A stretch of 47,616 bases of DNA. Origin: a virus (lineage: Duplodnaviria > Caudoviricetes). Shown in pieces: positions 1 through 9,889 of this stretch (position 1 is the first letter of the stretch; every line of letters begins with the position of its first letter). The position numbers and the translations under genes were made by a program. The notes under the pieces are model-generated. The model ran no database searches and was not told the origin of the DNA. It saw nothing but the letters and a program-made list of their open reading frames with translations. The stretch lies in IMG/VR virus record IMGVR_UViG_3300037785_000058, positions 1-47,616 of that record. One strand, 5' to 3'.

Positions 1-127
1 TCCTCCGCCGCCCGCGTAGCCGCGTCCCGAGCCCTAGTCAACTCCCGCTCGGCCTCTGCGGCGTCCTGCAACTGCCAGATCTGCTCCTGCCCGGCGCGGA
101 GATACGGCTCCATGAGCGACAGCTCGA
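1..127. repeat. 127-bp terminal direct repeat (copy 1); circular-assembly overlap
   Basis: Bases 1-127 are identical to 47490-47616 and lie inside a continuous ORF. 127 is a common assembler k-mer length. Confidence 0.95.
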
Positions 128-3100
128 GCTTGCGCGCCTCGGCTTCCTTGTCCTGTAGACCGAGAATGGTGATGCGCTGCCGGGTCAGGGAATCCGCCCG
201 TGCCTCCGCCGTCGCCTGCCGCTGCGCTTCGGCCTGCTCCCGAGCCGCTGCAGCCGCATCGCGGGACGCTTGCTGCGTCTGCCGGATACCGTCCTTCAGC
301 GCATCGAGCTGGCCCACAAGAGGCGCCAAAGACGCCAGAGCAGCCGCCGCCCGCGCCCGCCCGGCGTCGCTGGCATTTTCGATGCGGGAAAGAAGCTGGT
401 CGCTGTCTGTGATCGGCCCCGACAGCCCCAGCCGCCTCATCTCGCGGTTGATCCGCCCGCGAATGGCCGACATCTGGTCGCCGGGGTCCATCATCCCGAA
501 GAGTGCGCTTTCCGCACCGCCTAGGTTGATGTCGCCCAGAATGCTGGCCGCCGTTCCGGCGCCCGCCACGGTGTTCGGCAGGCCCGGAAGGCGCATGACC
601 GCCGCCGCGCCATTGTAAGTCGTCAACGCTCCCGACAGGCGGCCCAGCGTCTGCGCGACGGTCTCACCTTCGTTCTGCAAGGCAATGAAGCCGGGGATCA
701 TGCGGGCCACGGTGCGGTCCATCTCGCCCATGGCCCCCGCGATGTCACCGTCCACGATGGGGACGCGCAACTTCCGGAACCGATCCGCGACTATGCCAAG
801 CGGTGCGCCTGCGTCCCGAACGCCGGAAATAAACCCGCCGAACGCCTCGCGCGCCTGTTGGGTTTGGTCGTCCAGTTCCCGAAAGCTAGTCTTAATCTCG
901 CGCGATGTCTTGAGACCCCAGAAGCTCGTCTTCTCGAACTCCTCGCGGATTTGCTCGAAGAGCCCGCCGCCCATGCCGAGGACGCCGCGCGTCGTCGTCG
1001 TCTCGCCCACCTTCTCGCGGGACGAAAAGCCGTTAATGAGGTTCATGGCCGTCGAGATGCCGCCGATGATCGGCATCATCGGACCAAGGACCGCGCCCAC
1101 CGATCCCACGATGCCCTGCATGAAGGGCGCGTCCATGAACGAGCCGCGCGCCATGCCCAGCAACCCATCAAGGCCGCCCCGCAGATTGCCCGAGGCCGCC
1201 CCTTCGAACAGCCCCTCAATCGACGTGCGGCCGATCTGCATCTCCAGATCGCGCAGGGCCTTCTGCTGGTCGATGATTTTCTGCGTGGCCTGGTCGATTT
1301 CGTACCAAGCGCGCTCGTTGGCATCGGCGAGATCGCTCATGGCGCCCGCTGCGCCGCCGCCCCCTCCACCACCGCCGCCGCCAGCCGCAGCGTCAAGTTC
1401 AGCGAGTTCAGCACTCAGGCCCGCCGGGGTAACAAGGCCATTGTGAAGGCGTTCCAGATTGGTTCCAGCGTCCAATAGGCTGTTAGCAAACCCCCGAATG
1501 GAGCGCCCCAGTCCTTGGTGTTGTGTGAACACTGTTGATATGCTGCCAAAAGCAGAGCCAACCGCCTCGCCCATGCTCTGAACAGTATCCATCGCTCCAA
1601 CAGCAGTGAGTGCTTGGGCCGCAAGGCCCCGAATACCTGCACCCACACTTGAAAGCATGGATACGGCATTGGAAAGAGCGCTGGCAAGACTGCTAGCTGC
1701 CTGCGCCGCCCCAAAGATGGAATTAGCCAAGCCGTTCGCCCCAGCAGAACCAGATGCAAAAAGACCCGGAAAACGGGAGACAATGCTTTCGAGGAAAGCA
1801 GCGGAGCCAGACGCGGTGTCCGTCATTCGCGCAAGGCCAGCAGCCTGCAGCGCAGCTTGGGTAAGACCAGATACTGTCTTGAACGTGGACTCGTTCCAAG
1901 AGCCCATGTCGCCCGCGACTTCGACTACGCCCCGGCGAAGCTGCTGGAGAGCGCGAGCCTGCCCCTCGAAAGAGCTAGCGTCTCCGACCTGATCAATCAT
2001 GTCGGCAAGATGCCGATACTCGTCAACAGTCCTAACAATCTGAGGAAGAAGCCTGCGCACCTCCTCAACCGCTTGATTGATACTGCGAGAGGACTGTTCA
2101 GCAGCAATTTGACGCTGAACAGCCAGCTCCTCTTTGGCCAGCGTGACTAGAACGCCATACTCATCCACCAGTCCTTCTGCCGAGGGCATACGTACATCAA
2201 CGCTTCGGCTCGTTCCCGCGAAAGCGTCCAAAGCATCCCTAGACCTACGGATCGAGTCGGTATAGCTGTTCTGCGCATCAACAGCAAGAGCACCCTTGCG
2301 GATAATCTGCTCAAGGAATTCAGCAGCACTTTCGAGCGGAGCAGGGATGTTGCGGCCCTCGTCGGCCATCCGGTTGACGATCTCTGAAAGGACACGCTCT
2401 GCGTCGGAAGCGCTGTCTGCGAACTCCTGCATAGTGCGGGCTTCGGACAGGGGCTGCAAAGCCTCAACGAAGCTGCGAGCATCCTCGGGGAGAACACCAA
2501 TACTTTCCGACAGGCTGTCGATGGCCGCCTGAATGTCGTCGATATCAGACTGAACCACGCCACTGCCAAGGGAGGTGCCAAAAGTACCACTCTCCATATC
2601 AGCTTGCATCTGGCGCTGAGCCTCGCTCAACTCAGCCTGCAGCTGCGTCATTTCAGACACAGAGTCTCGGATCGGAGTGACGGCCCCCTCGACCAAATCG
2701 CGAGCGCGATCCATCGAGACAACCATCATCGTCTCGGCGGCAGCACGAACCTCCTCGGCCATGACGCCGAATTCTTCACTCAGTTCGATGGTCGAAGCGA
2801 GCGCCGTGTCGGCGTATCGAGCGTAATCGGTCAGAACCGTCGTAAACTCGGAGACCCTCTTACTCGCGTCTTCTGTTTCTTCGCCAGTTCTCGTGAGTCC
2901 CAAGGCCCACTGGCCGAGAGCAGCGAAACCGGCGACGAGAGCAACAGTGACCAAGGACATTGGGCTAATGAGGCTCATGAATGCACTCCGCAGGCCAGCG
3001 GCCATGCCTTGCCCACTCTGCTCCATTTGCATAAACACACCGGCCACCTGCGTACCTTGTTGGGCCGCAAGGAGCAGAGGTGCTTGGCCAGCAACAGTCA

Positions 3101-3872
3101 TCATCGCGATGTCCTGCAACTGGAAAACCATGTTAGTCGTATTAGCCCTGGCAGCGCCCATCGCCATCCCGTATTGACGGGCCTGAGTAGAAGCAATGTC
3201 GTATGCCGAAGCCACACGCGTCATGGCGGCAGCATGTTCGTCTTGAGTAATGACGTCGGCAGCCAGCGCAGCATTCAGTTGCTGGATCGAATTGTTCCGG
3301 CGCTGTTCAGCAGCGAACAAAGGGTCATAAGACGCACGCAGATTGTTGATTTGCGCGCGGGCCTTATCAAACTCCTGAAAGACCGAAGCGGACTCTTTCG
3401 CGCTACGGCTGTGCTGATCCAAAACTCCGGTGGCCATGTTGATTTGATGCTGCATGCGGGTGACGCTGAGACCCGTGGCATCAGCGGCAGTACCCACCGC
3501 AAGCAAAGCAGTCTGGACCGTATCGGTCATCCGCTGGTATTCAGAAAGACCGACTACGCCTTGATCGTAAGCTGCATCAAGCTGGCGAAGAGCAGCAGTG
3601 TGTTGAAGCTCCTCCTGCGATAGATTGCCGTAGGCCACTTGGAGCTGGTCGACCTTATCGCGAATGACATCAAAACTCCGAAAGGCGGCAGCCGAATCCG
3701 AGGCACTTTTACCCATCGTCCGAAGGACGCCAACAGACGTCTCAATACGGTTCTGCATCGTGGTGATGGAGCGCTCAACTTTGCCTGCAGACGCCTCCAG
3801 AGCATCCAGTTTCCCGGTGGCTTCTGTAGCGCCCTGAGAGCGGACGTTGATGCCTAGATCAGCATAATCCAT
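1..3872 (-). CDS. Tail tape measure protein, 5' part (continues across the junction to 47216; about 1381 aa in total)
   Basis: Starts ATG at 3872 (MDYADLGINVRSQGA...). The frame runs off the window edge and is the same frame as ORF 47216-47602 after circularisation (4146 nt in total). It has a lambda-type TMP N-terminal motif NMVFQLQDIAMMTVAGQAPLLLAAQQGTQV and follows the tail chaperones. Confidence 0.9.
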   Translation of the reverse strand, partial: MDYADLGINVRSQGATEATGKLDALEASAGKVERSITTMQNRIETSVGVLRTMGKSASDSAAAFRSFDVIRDKVDQLQVAYGNLSQEELQHTAALRQLDAAYDQGVVGLSEYQRMTDTVQTALLAVGTAADATGLSVTRMQHQINMATGVLDQHSRSAKESASVFQEFDKARAQINNLRASYDPLFAAEQRRNNSIQQLNAALAADVITQDEHAAAMTRVASAYDIASTQARQYGMAMGAARANTTNMVFQLQDIAMMTVAGQAPLLLAAQQGTQVAGVFMQMEQSGQGMAAGLRSAFMSLISPMSLVTVALVAGFAALGQWALGLTRTGEETEDASKRVSEFTTVLTDYARYADTALASTIELSEEFGVMAEEVRAAAETMMVVSMDRARDLVEGAVTPIRDSVSEMTQLQAELSEAQRQMQADMESGTFGTSLGSGVVQSDIDDIQAAIDSLSESIGVLPEDARSFVEALQPLSEARTMQEFADSASDAERVLSEIVNRMADEGRNIPAPLESAAEFLEQIIRKGALAVDAQNSYTDSIRRSRDALDAFAGTSRSVDVRMPSAEGLVDEYGVLVTLAKEELAVQRQIAAEQSSRSINQAVEEVRRLLPQIVRTVDEYRHLADMIDQVGDASSFEGQARALQQLRRGVVEVAGDMGSWNESTFKTVSGLTQAALQAAGLARMTDTASGSAAFLESIVSRFPGLFASGSAGANGLANSIFGAAQAASSLASALSNAVSMLSSVGAGIRGLAAQALTAVGAMDTVQSMGEAVGSAFGSISTVFTQHQGLGRSIRGFANSLLDAGTNLERLHNGLVTPAGLSAELAELDAAAGGGGGGGGGGAAGAMSDLADANERAWYEIDQATQKIIDQQKALRDLEMQIGRTSIEGLFEGAASGNLRGGLDGLLGMARGSFMDAPFMQGIVGSVGAVLGPMMPIIGGISTAMNLINGFSSREKVGETTTTRGVLGMGGGLFEQIREEFEKTSFWGLKTSREIKTSFRELDDQTQQAREAFGGFISGVRDAGAPLGIVADRFRKLRVPIVDGDIAGAMGEMDRTVARMIPGFIALQNEGETVAQTLGRLSGALTTYNGAAAVMRLPGLPNTVAGAGTAASILGDINLGGAESALFGMMDPGDQMSAIRGRINREMRRLGLSGPITDSDQLLSRIENASDAGRARAAAALASLAPLVGQLDALKDGIRQTQQASRDAAAAAREQAEAQRQATAEARADSLTRQRITILGLQDKEAEARKLELSLMEPYLRAGQEQIWQLQDAAEAERELTRARDAATRAAE

Positions 3873-3886
3873 GGGCTATTTGACCA

Positions 3887-4228
3887 TCACAGTTTACCCA
3901 GCGGGTTCTCGCCGATGTTGTATCCTTCAAGATACGCTACGCACATCTCACGGATGAGGAAAAGTTCTTGGCGGGTAAAGGGACCAGCGATCTTAGAGAA
4001 GGGGTATATCTGGTCCCAATCGACCACTTGAACCCCGTGTTCAGAGACCCTGAGCGGAGAAAGGTCCATCATAGCCCGAAAAAGATAAGCCCCCTCGCCC
4101 ATGTCAGGCAAAGAAGCTCCATCCTCGTATCGGCTGGGGCCTCTAGAGCTATCGTCAGACCGCTTGCGCGGCGCGACTAAAAACGCATATTCACGCGTCT
4201 TGTCGATCAGTCTGCGCCGCGCTTCTCG
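3887..4228 (-). CDS. Tail assembly chaperone, frameshifted (gpT-like) part
   Basis: The -1 frame is open from the slippery heptamer TTTTTTC (4234-4228) to the stop at 3887. It lies between the chaperone and the tape measure. Confidence 0.75.
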   Translation of the reverse strand, partial: REARRRLIDKTREYAFLVAPRKRSDDSSRGPSRYEDGASLPDMGEGAYLFRAMMDLSPLRVSEHGVQVVDWDQIYPFSKIAGPFTRQELFLIREMCVAYLEGYNIGENPLGKL

Positions 4229-4635
4229 AAAAAATTGGATTGTTTCCGCGAGAAGGCGGTGACCTGACGATCGAAGTCGGGCTGAGAGACCACGAAAGCA
4301 ATCTTGTTTGCACGGGTGCAGGGCCAGGGTTCGCCCTTTTCATCTTCGAGGCCAGTCCAAGAGACGATCATGGCATCGATAAGATTTTCCGGCGTAGAAT
4401 CACCACCGTCCATGCCCGCTCGCATGTCCTTTCGTTGCGCGTTCTGGACCACCTCGGCGTCGCTGCTGCGGACCCGAACAGTGATCGGCTGAGCGTCTTT
4501 TTTCGGCCCGACCAGTTCACCAATGTGATTCGCGCCCTTGCCCGTATAGAGTAGATGGCCGAAAGCAGGGTGGCGCAGATGGAGGTCTTTGCCATCTTGG
4601 GCGTGTTCGGGGAGGGATAGATCGGAAAATTTCAC
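4207..4635 (-). CDS. Tail assembly chaperone (gpG-like)
   Basis: GTG start at 4635 after an AAGGA RBS. It follows the major tail gene and ends ...SNFF over a slippery site. Confidence 0.8.
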   Translation of the reverse strand: MKFSDLSLPEHAQDGKDLHLRHPAFGHLLYTGKGANHIGELVGPKKDAQPITVRVRSSDAEVVQNAQRKDMRAGMDGGDSTPENLIDAMIVSWTGLEDEKGEPWPCTRANKIAFVVSQPDFDRQVTAFSRKQSNFFEKRGAD

Positions 4636-4744
4636 GGGTGTGTCCTTTATAGGCGTATGTGGTGTCATTTTGGCAGGGGCGGCGACAGACACCCAAATCG
4701 CCGCCCCACGCCAGCCCTGAGGTTACCCTCTTGGGCCGACGGAA

Positions 4745-5227
4745 TTAGACCGGTTCGGTGGCCTCCACCTCGTCGGCATTCTGTTGAAAAGTGACCGTAA
4801 AGCCCTGGTAGGAAGAACCAGTGCCTTGGTTGCGTACGTGGGAATGGACATAGCCATGCGCATACACGATTGCATCGCCCGCCGCAAGCGCGTAGTTCGT
4901 GCCCGACCCGAGGTCGATGCCCATCTTGAGGGCACAGCGCCCCGGCCAACTATTCGCCGAGGCCACGAGAGCGGTCTGTCCAGCATCGGCTTCTTCCGGC
5001 GTGAGACAAATGATTTCCGAGCTACGGAAGGACTTCATGCCCTTGTCGTTGTACATCGTGCCGTCGGTCACTGAACCGCTCTCGATGTTGGCATGCGTAT
5101 TGCCGAAAACCGGAAGCTGTTCTACGGCGCCAACCTCGGTCCAGGTAAGGGCCTCGAAAGCAGTCGAAGTGTTGGCAGTCGGGGGGACTGGGGAGTGGAA
5201 GAGTTTGCGTCTCAGATGGGTCGGCAT
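4745..5227 (-). CDS. Major tail tube protein
   Basis: 160 aa with FEALTWTEVGAVEQLPVFG-type N-terminus. Located between the tail terminator and the chaperones. Confidence 0.75.
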   Translation of the reverse strand: MPTHLRRKLFHSPVPPTANTSTAFEALTWTEVGAVEQLPVFGNTHANIESGSVTDGTMYNDKGMKSFRSSEIICLTPEEADAGQTALVASANSWPGRCALKMGIDLGSGTNYALAAGDAIVYAHGYVHSHVRNQGTGSSYQGFTVTFQQNADEVEATEPV

Positions 5228-5317
5228 TAATTTTGCCCTCCGGGGCTAGTTGTACCCCTTTTAGAAGGGGAGGTTGCTGTGGTCGGCTGCAGCTTCATGC
5301 TGGCCCGCCGTAGGCCC

Positions 5318-5695
5318 CTAGAAGACCATCCTACCACGGATGATCACAGGAACGCTGTATACTTCTGACATGCCCAAAGGTGCACGAGGAAGGGGTGCTT
5401 CGGTTATCTCGACACCATCGAAAACATCCCCTACAGAAAACCTCGCGACAAGAGCCGCGACAAGCTGGTCGTTCTGAGTAGCGTAAGCGTCTGCCACAGT
5501 CTCGACCCTGACAACGATTTCGGGAAATGCCTCGGTAAGTCCACTAGCGCCCAAAGAACGCTGCGACCCGCCAGAAGACTGAACAACATACCTAGGAAGG
5601 TTGTGTGTAGAACCGTTGGGCAGGACTATGTTCGCGTCAGTCGTCATCGTAACGATGCGCCGGATTAAGGCCTGCTGACCAGTGGAGATACTCAT
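5318..5695 (-). CDS. Putative tail terminator protein
   Basis: Size, position and C-terminal YSVPVII beta strand. Confidence 0.55.
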   Translation of the reverse strand: MSISTGQQALIRRIVTMTTDANIVLPNGSTHNLPRYVVQSSGGSQRSLGASGLTEAFPEIVVRVETVADAYATQNDQLVAALVARFSVGDVFDGVEITEAPLPRAPLGMSEVYSVPVIIRGRMVF

Positions 5696-6102
5696 TGGGG
5701 GTATTTCCTAACAGCTTCCGCAACGTAGCCAGACCAACCCTGAACCGCGTTTCTTACAAAGAACCTGCCTCGGAATTTCGACGTGCCATACTCTACCCAT
5801 CTAGCGTGAGGGGCGCTGAAATGCATAGCCGTGGAACTCTTTAGCTGCAATAGTGGCACCCGAGAATAAGCACCAATGCCAGAGGCTACAATAAGACCAT
5901 TGTTGGTAACTGTCTGCGACTCAGCCAACTCACCCGAAAGAACCGGGACCTTACCGACCTCGAAAGAGCCCCCAGTAAACTGTACTGACTCCTGAGTGCG
6001 GCCAGCTGCCTGAACCAGTTGCTTCACCGCGTCTGTATAGATCAAGTCGCCCCGATCTTCGGTCTTTCTTCTCCAGCTTCGAATTTGATCTAAAAAGCCC
6101 AC
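5692..6102 (-). CDS. HK97 gp10-like tail completion/neck protein
   Basis: Motifs VPVLSGELAES and HARWVEYGTSK...GRFFVRNAV. Confidence 0.7.
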   Translation of the reverse strand: MGFLDQIRSWRRKTEDRGDLIYTDAVKQLVQAAGRTQESVQFTGGSFEVGKVPVLSGELAESQTVTNNGLIVASGIGAYSRVPLLQLKSSTAMHFSAPHARWVEYGTSKFRGRFFVRNAVQGWSGYVAEAVRKYPQ

Positions 6103-6479
6103 TAGGTGCGCCTCACTTCGGCCTCGTAGTAAAGAACTACACCCCCCGGTTGATAAGGCTCTACATTCACGATGTTATACACGCTCCCGTACACCTCAAG
6201 ACGATCATTGTTACCGGGTGTAACAGCGATGTCAGGTGCGATCATCGCCATTAAATTCTCGGCAGAAACGTTGGTGTTGTTGAAGTCCCTTTGGGCCTTG
6301 CTGGTCACCAAAACCTTGCATGGGATACGGGTTTCAGACCCCAGAACTGGGGGATAGACCGTTTCGTCCGCACCAGACGACCTTATGAGATATGCGATGG
6401 GCGCTGCCGCACTGCCTGTTCGTGCTAGAGCCCGTGCTATCCCCTTGGTCACTTTGTCGGCTATATCAGCGCCACTCAT
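6102..6479 (-). CDS. Head closure / head-tail joining protein
   Basis: Position after the adaptor; C-terminal YNIVNVEPYQPGGVVLYYEAEVR. Confidence 0.65.
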   Translation of the reverse strand: MSGADIADKVTKGIARALARTGSAAAPIAYLIRSSGADETVYPPVLGSETRIPCKVLVTSKAQRDFNNTNVSAENLMAMIAPDIAVTPGNNDRLEVYGSVYNIVNVEPYQPGGVVLYYEAEVRRT

Positions 6480-6982
6480 GCAACGATCCCGCTGATCCCA
6501 TAAGGGTTCGTGCCCTGTGTCATAAGCGGCGCAAGAAGCGCCATCACCGCAGGGATAATCGGGTCCGTGGGGCTGAGACCCGGCTGCTGCCCTTTGCCCG
6601 TCGCGTACTGGAAAGTGATTTCACCGAATTTCTCGATGATCACTCGCTGGTCAGACCGCAAAGCCGCGTTTAAAGCCCCGGGATTGACGCTTTCGTAGTG
6701 GGCGGCTTGATACGTAGCGTTGAGAATGCGCGTGGGGATAGAGTCAGAAGGAATCGCATTACCGTAGAAATCAACGGCGTTTTTGCGCGGCCACTCACTA
6801 GTTTGGCCCGCGCTGACAGGTTCACCGGGGTAGCGAGAAACGGGAACACCCGAAGCAGACATGCGCCACCCGAGGTTGTCGACAAAGAGCGACGCAACCT
6901 CAAGCAGTGCATTCGTCGGGCTGCCGCTCAAGCCGCGAGCATCCCAATACGACTGACAATCCAGAGTGTTCCCGTAACCCAC
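6476..6982 (-). CDS. Head-tail adaptor (DnaT-like annotated family)
   Basis: Motifs YWDARG, QTSEWPRKNA and IPTRILNATYQAA are typical of this adaptor family. It follows the capsid gene. Confidence 0.7.
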   Translation of the reverse strand: MGYGNTLDCQSYWDARGLSGSPTNALLEVASLFVDNLGWRMSASGVPVSRYPGEPVSAGQTSEWPRKNAVDFYGNAIPSDSIPTRILNATYQAAHYESVNPGALNAALRSDQRVIIEKFGEITFQYATGKGQQPGLSPTDPIIPAVMALLAPLMTQGTNPYGISGIVA

Positions 6983-6987
6983 AGAGG

Positions 6988-7278
6988 TTATTCCTCGGTC
7001 TTCTTCGTGGTCGGAGTGGAGGCCGCCTTCTTCTCGGCAGCGTCCGTCTTGTCCCCGGTTTCAGTGGCACTCGCCCCGGTGCTTTCCGAAGCAGGTTGCT
7101 CGTCATCGACCTTGTTCGCATCAACGAGCCGCCCTTCCGAAATCCACGCCTTGAACACAACGTCGCCCTTGACGCGATCAGCGAAGCCCTGGGAAACCGG
7201 CGTCACCACGCCCGGCTGAAAGACGACCTCGCCAGCCGCGAGGTCGCCCTTGGTCTTGTTGATGTACGATTTGGCCAT
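6988..7278 (-). CDS. Hypothetical virion protein
   Basis: ORF translationally coupled to the capsid stop; low-complexity C-terminus. Confidence 0.6.
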   Translation of the reverse strand: MAKSYINKTKGDLAAGEVVFQPGVVTPVSQGFADRVKGDVVFKAWISEGRLVDANKVDDEQPASESTGASATETGDKTDAAEKKAASTPTTKKTEE

Positions 7279-8231
7279 CAGATACCATCCCCGTAGCGAA
7301 CTTCCTTGGGAAGCCGGATATCCAGACCACCCAGACGGAAGACACCGGGAACCTTGTACTGCAGTCCGACGACCTGAACTGGCAAGAACCGATGGGGCAT
7401 AGGCATGTGCAGCTTGAGCACCTCGGGCGAGCGGCGATAGGCGATCATCCGCGCCGTCGAGCCAGCGCCCTTCTGAGTAAGGCCGCGCATGCCCCGGATC
7501 ATCAGGGGCTGGCCCGTCATCGCCGTGTAGACGTTGTTCTGGCGAATGAACTCCAGAACGGTCATCGACGTGTCGGTGAGGCGTGTCGAAGCGATAGTCT
7601 GAAACCGCTCGACCGGCAGGATGAGCGTATCGGCCATCGACACGGTGTTCGTGGCCGAATAAAGGCCGGTGAGCACCTTGTTGACATCGCGGATGATCAG
7701 GTCGGGCGTCTTCGCGGACCAGAGGGCCGAAGAACCGGAGCCATCCGCCGGGATCGCCTCAGTGGGGACACCAGTGTAATCGAACAGGCCCTCGTAGCCG
7801 ACCGAAGCATCGCCGAGGAAGCAGACGTCATAGACGAGCTGTTCACAGGCACGACGCGCAACTGCCGCCTTCTCGGTGTCCAGACTGATGCCGAGCATCC
7901 GAGCCTGATTGATCTCCTCGAAGCCGAAGTCGTAGCCGATCGCCGCCGTCCGGACCTCAGTTTCGTGCTTCTCCATGGAAACGCCGACGACCGGGATATC
8001 CGAAGCATTGCCGTTGATCCAGCTCGCCTCACCGACGCGATCCATCGAGAAGTACGTGACCGATTTCACGAACTCTCCGGCGCCCATGTCGACCGGGACC
8101 ATGGACGCGTAGTCCAGATCGGGGTACTGGATGCGATAGACCTCGGCCTCGATGTGCGAGGTCTGTTGGATCGCGAAGCCCAGATTTGCCTCTTGGGCGT
8201 CCGCGAACTGTTTGTGTGTCATGTGGTGCAT
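7278..8231 (-). CDS. Major capsid protein (DUF2184 / HK97-fold)
   Basis: 317 aa with motifs IGYDFGFEEINQARMLGISLD and RLGGLDIRLP. AGGAG RBS. Position after the decoration gene. Confidence 0.9.
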   Translation of the reverse strand: MHHMTHKQFADAQEANLGFAIQQTSHIEAEVYRIQYPDLDYASMVPVDMGAGEFVKSVTYFSMDRVGEASWINGNASDIPVVGVSMEKHETEVRTAAIGYDFGFEEINQARMLGISLDTEKAAVARRACEQLVYDVCFLGDASVGYEGLFDYTGVPTEAIPADGSGSSALWSAKTPDLIIRDVNKVLTGLYSATNTVSMADTLILPVERFQTIASTRLTDTSMTVLEFIRQNNVYTAMTGQPLMIRGMRGLTQKGAGSTARMIAYRRSPEVLKLHMPMPHRFLPVQVVGLQYKVPGVFRLGGLDIRLPKEVRYGDGI

Positions 8232-8243
8232 GATCAGAACTCC

Positions 8244-8726
8244 TTAGGCGGCGCCTGCGACGGCAGGAACGTCCATGTTGACGCGGATTTTCGCGAGGGC
8301 GCCGTTGGCGGCAGAAGATTCCCACCGGCACCCGGCCAGACGAAGCGAACCACTCGATCCGGCGTCCGCATTCGAGAAGGTGCCAGTGGCGACGGCGACC
8401 CAGACGGGATCACCAGCGGCGACGCCACCAGCATCGGTCACGGTAACCCACATGACCCCTTGGGTCATGATCATCGCGCTTGCCCCTTTGGGATAGAGGT
8501 TGCTGACCTGATCGTTGACGCGAACCGTGATCCCAACAGGATCATCGGTCGACGCCGCGACCACATTGATTTCGTCATCGGCAGTGCCCTGGATCACAGG
8601 AACGCCGAAGCCAATGCCAGCCTCGGTCTCGACAAGGCGGCTGACCAGAACCGAGGGTTCCAGATTGGCGACCATGCCCGCGAAAGCGGCGGCGAGGTTG
8701 TCGGGGTAGTTGGTCTGAAGAGCCAT
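8244..8726 (-). CDS. Capsid decoration/cement protein
   Basis: Motifs GIGFGVPV and MTQGVMWVTV...AAGDPVWV. Lies between DUF2213 and the capsid gene. Confidence 0.75.
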   Translation of the reverse strand: MALQTNYPDNLAAAFAGMVANLEPSVLVSRLVETEAGIGFGVPVIQGTADDEINVVAASTDDPVGITVRVNDQVSNLYPKGASAMIMTQGVMWVTVTDAGGVAAGDPVWVAVATGTFSNADAGSSGSLRLAGCRWESSAANGALAKIRVNMDVPAVAGAA

Positions 8727-9889
8727 CAGTGCGTCTCCTGCTTCGGTGCCTTCCAGGCATCCTTCATAGAGGCCAGACGGGCGGCGTAAGCCTCGTCGCC
8801 TGCGTGACCCGTCGGGGCCGATTTGATGCCGTCACCGAGAGGGGACGACGGAGAAGAAGTGCCGGCGTTTTTGACAGCCACGGCGAAAGCGCCCTCGATA
8901 GCAGCGTCGGACATGTCCTTCGCGGCATCGCCGAGGGTCTTCACCACCACGGCGCGGCGAATGCCTGCGTCGTCGAGCGAGTCGATGGCGGCATCAGTCA
9001 GACCAGCTTTCTTGGCGGAGTCGACCAACGAAGCCCGCTTGCGCGCGGCGTCGGCCAGAGCGGCAGGGGAGGTCTTCGTCTCCAGCTCCTTGCGCAAAGC
9101 AGCGATTTCGCCGTCCTTGGTCTCGATTTGCTTCTGCAGGTCACCGAGGCGCGTCTGAGCATCGCTCAGTTCGGCGGTCTTGGTGCCCAGCTCCGTTTGG
9201 AGACCTTTGATGCGGATAGCGCCCGCCTCATCGGTCCGGACCGCGCCATCGCCAACGGTCACCGTGACAGATTTGTCATTGTCGGCCATGGGGGCCTCCT
9301 TTTTCGGTTCAGTAGCCCGTGGAAGGGGACGGGCGCCCCATTCTTCTTGTCCATCACCAATACGAAAATCGTGGCCAGCGCGAGCGACGTTCACGATAGC
9401 CAGATGATCGACGAAAATATTCCTCTGAACAGCATCATAAGGAACGCCGTCCTCGGTGACACCCGCCGTCCAGTCGATCACCGCCATGTAACCCGCCGAA
9501 AGTTCGCGCGGACCACCGTCCTTGGTGATCATCTTGACGATTTCACCATCAGTGATAGCGACGTCAAGAGCCACGGCCTCGCCATCCCTTGCCACGTTGG
9601 CGATGTGGCCGCGAGAATATTTCTTGTGGTTGTCAGCAGTGACCCTCTCGCCGGGGTGGCCCAGCGTGATGGGCTTGCTCTTGAAACTGCCCAGCGCCCG
9701 GCGATCGAAGACCTCTTCCTCGGGACGGTAGACGGAGACCATCCGATCTTCGGTCAGGCCCAGCTCCGAGGCATGATACATCTGTATCCCGGTGCGAGCA
9801 GCATGTACCCGAGCCGAGATGTACCCGTCTTGGGTGACCCGAATTTCTCCGACTTCAACAGAGTCTACGAAACGAACCTCATCAGGCAT
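8726..9889 (-). CDS. DUF2213 prohead protease/scaffold protein
   Basis: Motifs ARTGIQMY, YRPEEEVF, KPITLGHP, RELSAGY and DHLAIVNVARAG, followed by a coiled-coil scaffold C-terminus. Confidence 0.9.
   Translation of the reverse strand: MPDEVRFVDSVEVGEIRVTQDGYISARVHAARTGIQMYHASELGLTEDRMVSVYRPEEEVFDRRALGSFKSKPITLGHPGERVTADNHKKYSRGHIANVARDGEAVALDVAITDGEIVKMITKDGGPRELSAGYMAVIDWTAGVTEDGVPYDAVQRNIFVDHLAIVNVARAGHDFRIGDGQEEWGARPLPRATEPKKEAPMADNDKSVTVTVGDGAVRTDEAGAIRIKGLQTELGTKTAELSDAQTRLGDLQKQIETKDGEIAALRKELETKTSPAALADAARKRASLVDSAKKAGLTDAAIDSLDDAGIRRAVVVKTLGDAAKDMSDAAIEGAFAVAVKNAGTSSPSSPLGDGIKSAPTGHAGDEAYAARLASMKDAWKAPKQETH

Noticed and set aside
1-3872. Apparent absence of a gene, or stop-codon recoding, in the first 3.9 kb
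   Set aside because: The ORF track omits the TMP only because it runs off the window edge. The frame is continuous across the junction.
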